Source: Stegostoma tigrinum (taxonomy: Eukaryota). Taken from it: 64,000 nt of DNA. The notes beneath the pieces were generated by a model. That model saw nothing but the letters and a program-made list of their open reading frames with translations. It ran no database searches and was not told the DNA's origin. Positions 61,785-64,000 of the stretch are shown piece after piece. Location of the stretch: NCBI RefSeq assembly GCF_030684315.1, contig NC_081387.1, positions 11,820,867 to 11,884,866 on the forward strand. Reading direction: 5' to 3'. Numbering within the stretch: the first letter of the stretch is position 1; the number at the start of each line of letters is the position of its first letter. The position numbers and the translations under genes are program-made.

Positions 61785-63080
61785 CAGAACCATTCAGTAG
61801 AGAGGAGGCGTTTGGACGCAACAAGACTCCGCTGACAAAAACTACTCCAAATCCACACAAGTCCCATGTTCCAGCACTTGGCTTATGTATGTTATAAAAT
61901 TTCAAGTGCTTATCCAAATCCTTTCTGAAGGTTGTAAGGTTTCCAGCCTCGACTACGCTCCCAGGAATTTCATTCAAGATTTCTAACACCTTTTGGGAGA
62001 AATTTTGGTTTCCTCAAATCACCTCCAAATACCTTTTATCTTAAAACTATAGTCATTTATTGCTAACCCTTCAAATAAAGAGTACAGTTGCTTTCATTTT
62101 ACCCTGTCCATGCGCCTCATAATTTTTTACACATCAATAATGTCCTTGCCTAGCCTTCGCGGCTGTATCGACAACAACCCAAGCTTATCCAGCCTCACTT
62201 CATAGCCAAATCATTCCACCTGAGACAACGTCTTAGTTATCAACATTCACCTTTGCATCTTTTCCAGTCCAATGACACCTTTTCTTTAGTGATGCAGAAC
62301 GAAACTGGTCTAAAATATCCTCACTGTTTTCATATCCTATGCTACGAGTGATAAAGTCCAGGGCCCCGATGTTTTTTCAACTACTAATATCCTATCACCT
62401 TCAGGGATCTGTGGACAAGCACCCTAGGATCCCTTTCTTCACCCCATCTTCTCGGTGCCCTGCAATCCGTTGCATACCGGTTGGCATTTTATTTCTCTGA
62501 ACTGCATCAGCTCACCTTTATCAAGATTAAATTCCATCTAACATAAAGCTATCCGTATAACCAATCTTTTTATACATTACTGTAAACTAGGATGTTCTTC
62601 CTCACTGTCGACCATGTGGTCAATCTTTGTGTCATCCAAAAACTTATTTATCAGATGTTGCCCACCCTCACACTCTTTCTTCTATGTGTAAATCATTTGT
62701 AAATATCAGAAGCAATATAGGACTCAGCCATGACGTCTTGGCACACAACTGGGCACAGGCCTCCAATCAAACAAGCAAATTTCCTCCACCACCTTTTATC
62801 TCCTAGCACGAAGCCAACTTGGGATCCACCTTGCCAAGTTACCCTGGATCCCATGTGGCTTTTTTTTTCAATCAGTCTTCCTTGGGGAACCTCTGCTGAA
62901 ATCCATACAATCGAATCATCTATAAAAATCCTCATGTACACACCTGGTCACTTCCTCGAAAATTGTTAGGCATGGCTTCACTCTGATGAAGCCATGGTGA
63001 CTATCCATAATCAGACCTTGCCTCTTCAAATGGAAATTACATTTCTCCTTCAGAATTCTATTCAATAGATTTGTTACCAC
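61785..63080 (-). mobile_element. Degenerate CR1 LINE
   Basis: VVEAGNLTTFRKDLDKHL and VPQGRLIEK..HMGSRV remnants on the minus strand. Confidence 0.75.
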
Positions 63081-63319
63081 TGGTATGACAGTCGGGTGTG
63101 GGTGTTTGAGAGGCTGTTACGGAGTGAGTTCCAGAATTTTGACCCAACATCATATACAATTTATACTATGCCCTCACTTCGATTGGTATCATTCTATGCC
63201 AATATTCAACTTTGTCCAAGAGTCTCCATACCCTGATCAACATCTTCAATTAGTACAATAGTTTCCTTACAAACAATGACTTTACCTTTGGGATAGCTCG
63301 CATAGTTCATTAAAAACCG

Positions 63320-63530
63320 AAAGAACTGAGGATGTTGTAAATCAGGAACAAAAACAGAAGTTTCTGGAAAAGCTCAGCAGGTCTCGCAGCATCTGTGAAG
63401 AAAATATCCGAGTTAACATTTCGGGTACGGTTCTCAGAAAAGGTCACTGGACCCGAAATGTTAACTCTGACTTCTTTTCTTTACAGATGTTGCCAGACCA
63501 GCTCAGCTTTTCCAGCAACTTCTGCTTTTC
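63320..63530. mobile_element. Hairpin-shaped Penelope-terminus-like element
   Basis: Inverted arms agaagtttctggaaaagctcagcaggtct..catctgtgaag / tttacagatgttgccagacc..gcttttccagcaacttct around gacccgaaatgttaac. Confidence 0.7.
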
Positions 63531-63607
63531 TCGCACAGCTCATCATCTTTAGAATCATTTCAATCTTGTTCCAAATCATTGTCTTTTTATCACATGAAAG
63601 AAGTTAG

Positions 63608-63860
63608 ATGGCCTGGTGGCTCCGTGGTTAATACCGCCGTCTGAGCGAACACGTGTCTGCGTGGATTTCCTCCCCCAGTCGAAAGATCTATAGCTTCGGG
63701 CGATTGGCTGCACTAAATTGTTTTTAGTGTCCAGAGATGCGCTGGCTAGGTAGATTAACATGGAAAATGCAGGGTTCTGAGGTAGATTGGGACGCTCTTC
63801 TGTAAGTCAGTGTGCGTTCGTTGGGCCAAAGGGCTCGCTTCGACACTGAAGAGATTCGAT
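63608..63860 (+). mobile_element. HE1-like SINE, internally deleted
   Basis: ggtggctccgtggttaatac..gtgtctgcgtggatttcctcccccagtcgaaagat..gttgggccaaagggc. Confidence 0.65.
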
Positions 63861-64000
63861 AAATGAAGTGCCCCTTTTGTTTTTATTACGTTCGTTTGAA
63901 AAACAAGCAATTCCCACATGTTCTACAAACCGGGTTTAAAACCTAATATTTAACTCGACATCTTCTTCTTCTTCAAGCTATTTTATGATCTTACAACCAT

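Noticed and set aside
1-64000. CRISPR arrays, rRNA/tRNA genes or prokaryotic systems
   Set aside because: Vertebrate intron-exon DNA; tRNA-like segments are SINE heads; no repeat-spacer arrays seen.

Overview
Eukaryotic, repeat-rich genomic DNA, most likely from a shark (cartilaginous fish), inferred from HE1-type and Deu-type SINEs and CR1, Rex-Babar, Tx1 and Penelope remnants. Nearly all ORFs in the supplied track are spurious. The real content is two + strand, multi-exon NKp30/NCR3-like immunoglobulin-superfamily receptor genes with germline-joined V-J-type domains, reconstructed by hand from splice signals and intron phase. Gene 1 (about 9.3-43.6 kb) has one leader exon, three near-identical 333-nt V exons produced by a ~2.78-kb tandem triplication, and one TM exon with a central glutamate instead of NKp30's arginine. 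Its long tail is encoded by about 10-12 mini-exons and carries YxxM and GYxxL motifs. Gene 2 (about 55.6 kb onward, 3' end unresolved) has a leader, one V exon, an uncharged TM and short tail exons. Introns of gene 1 carry Penelope-like remnants with minimal hammerhead-ribozyme cores, including a ~1-kb palindromic insertion with a 10-bp TSD. No transcript data were available, so the tail exons are predictions.
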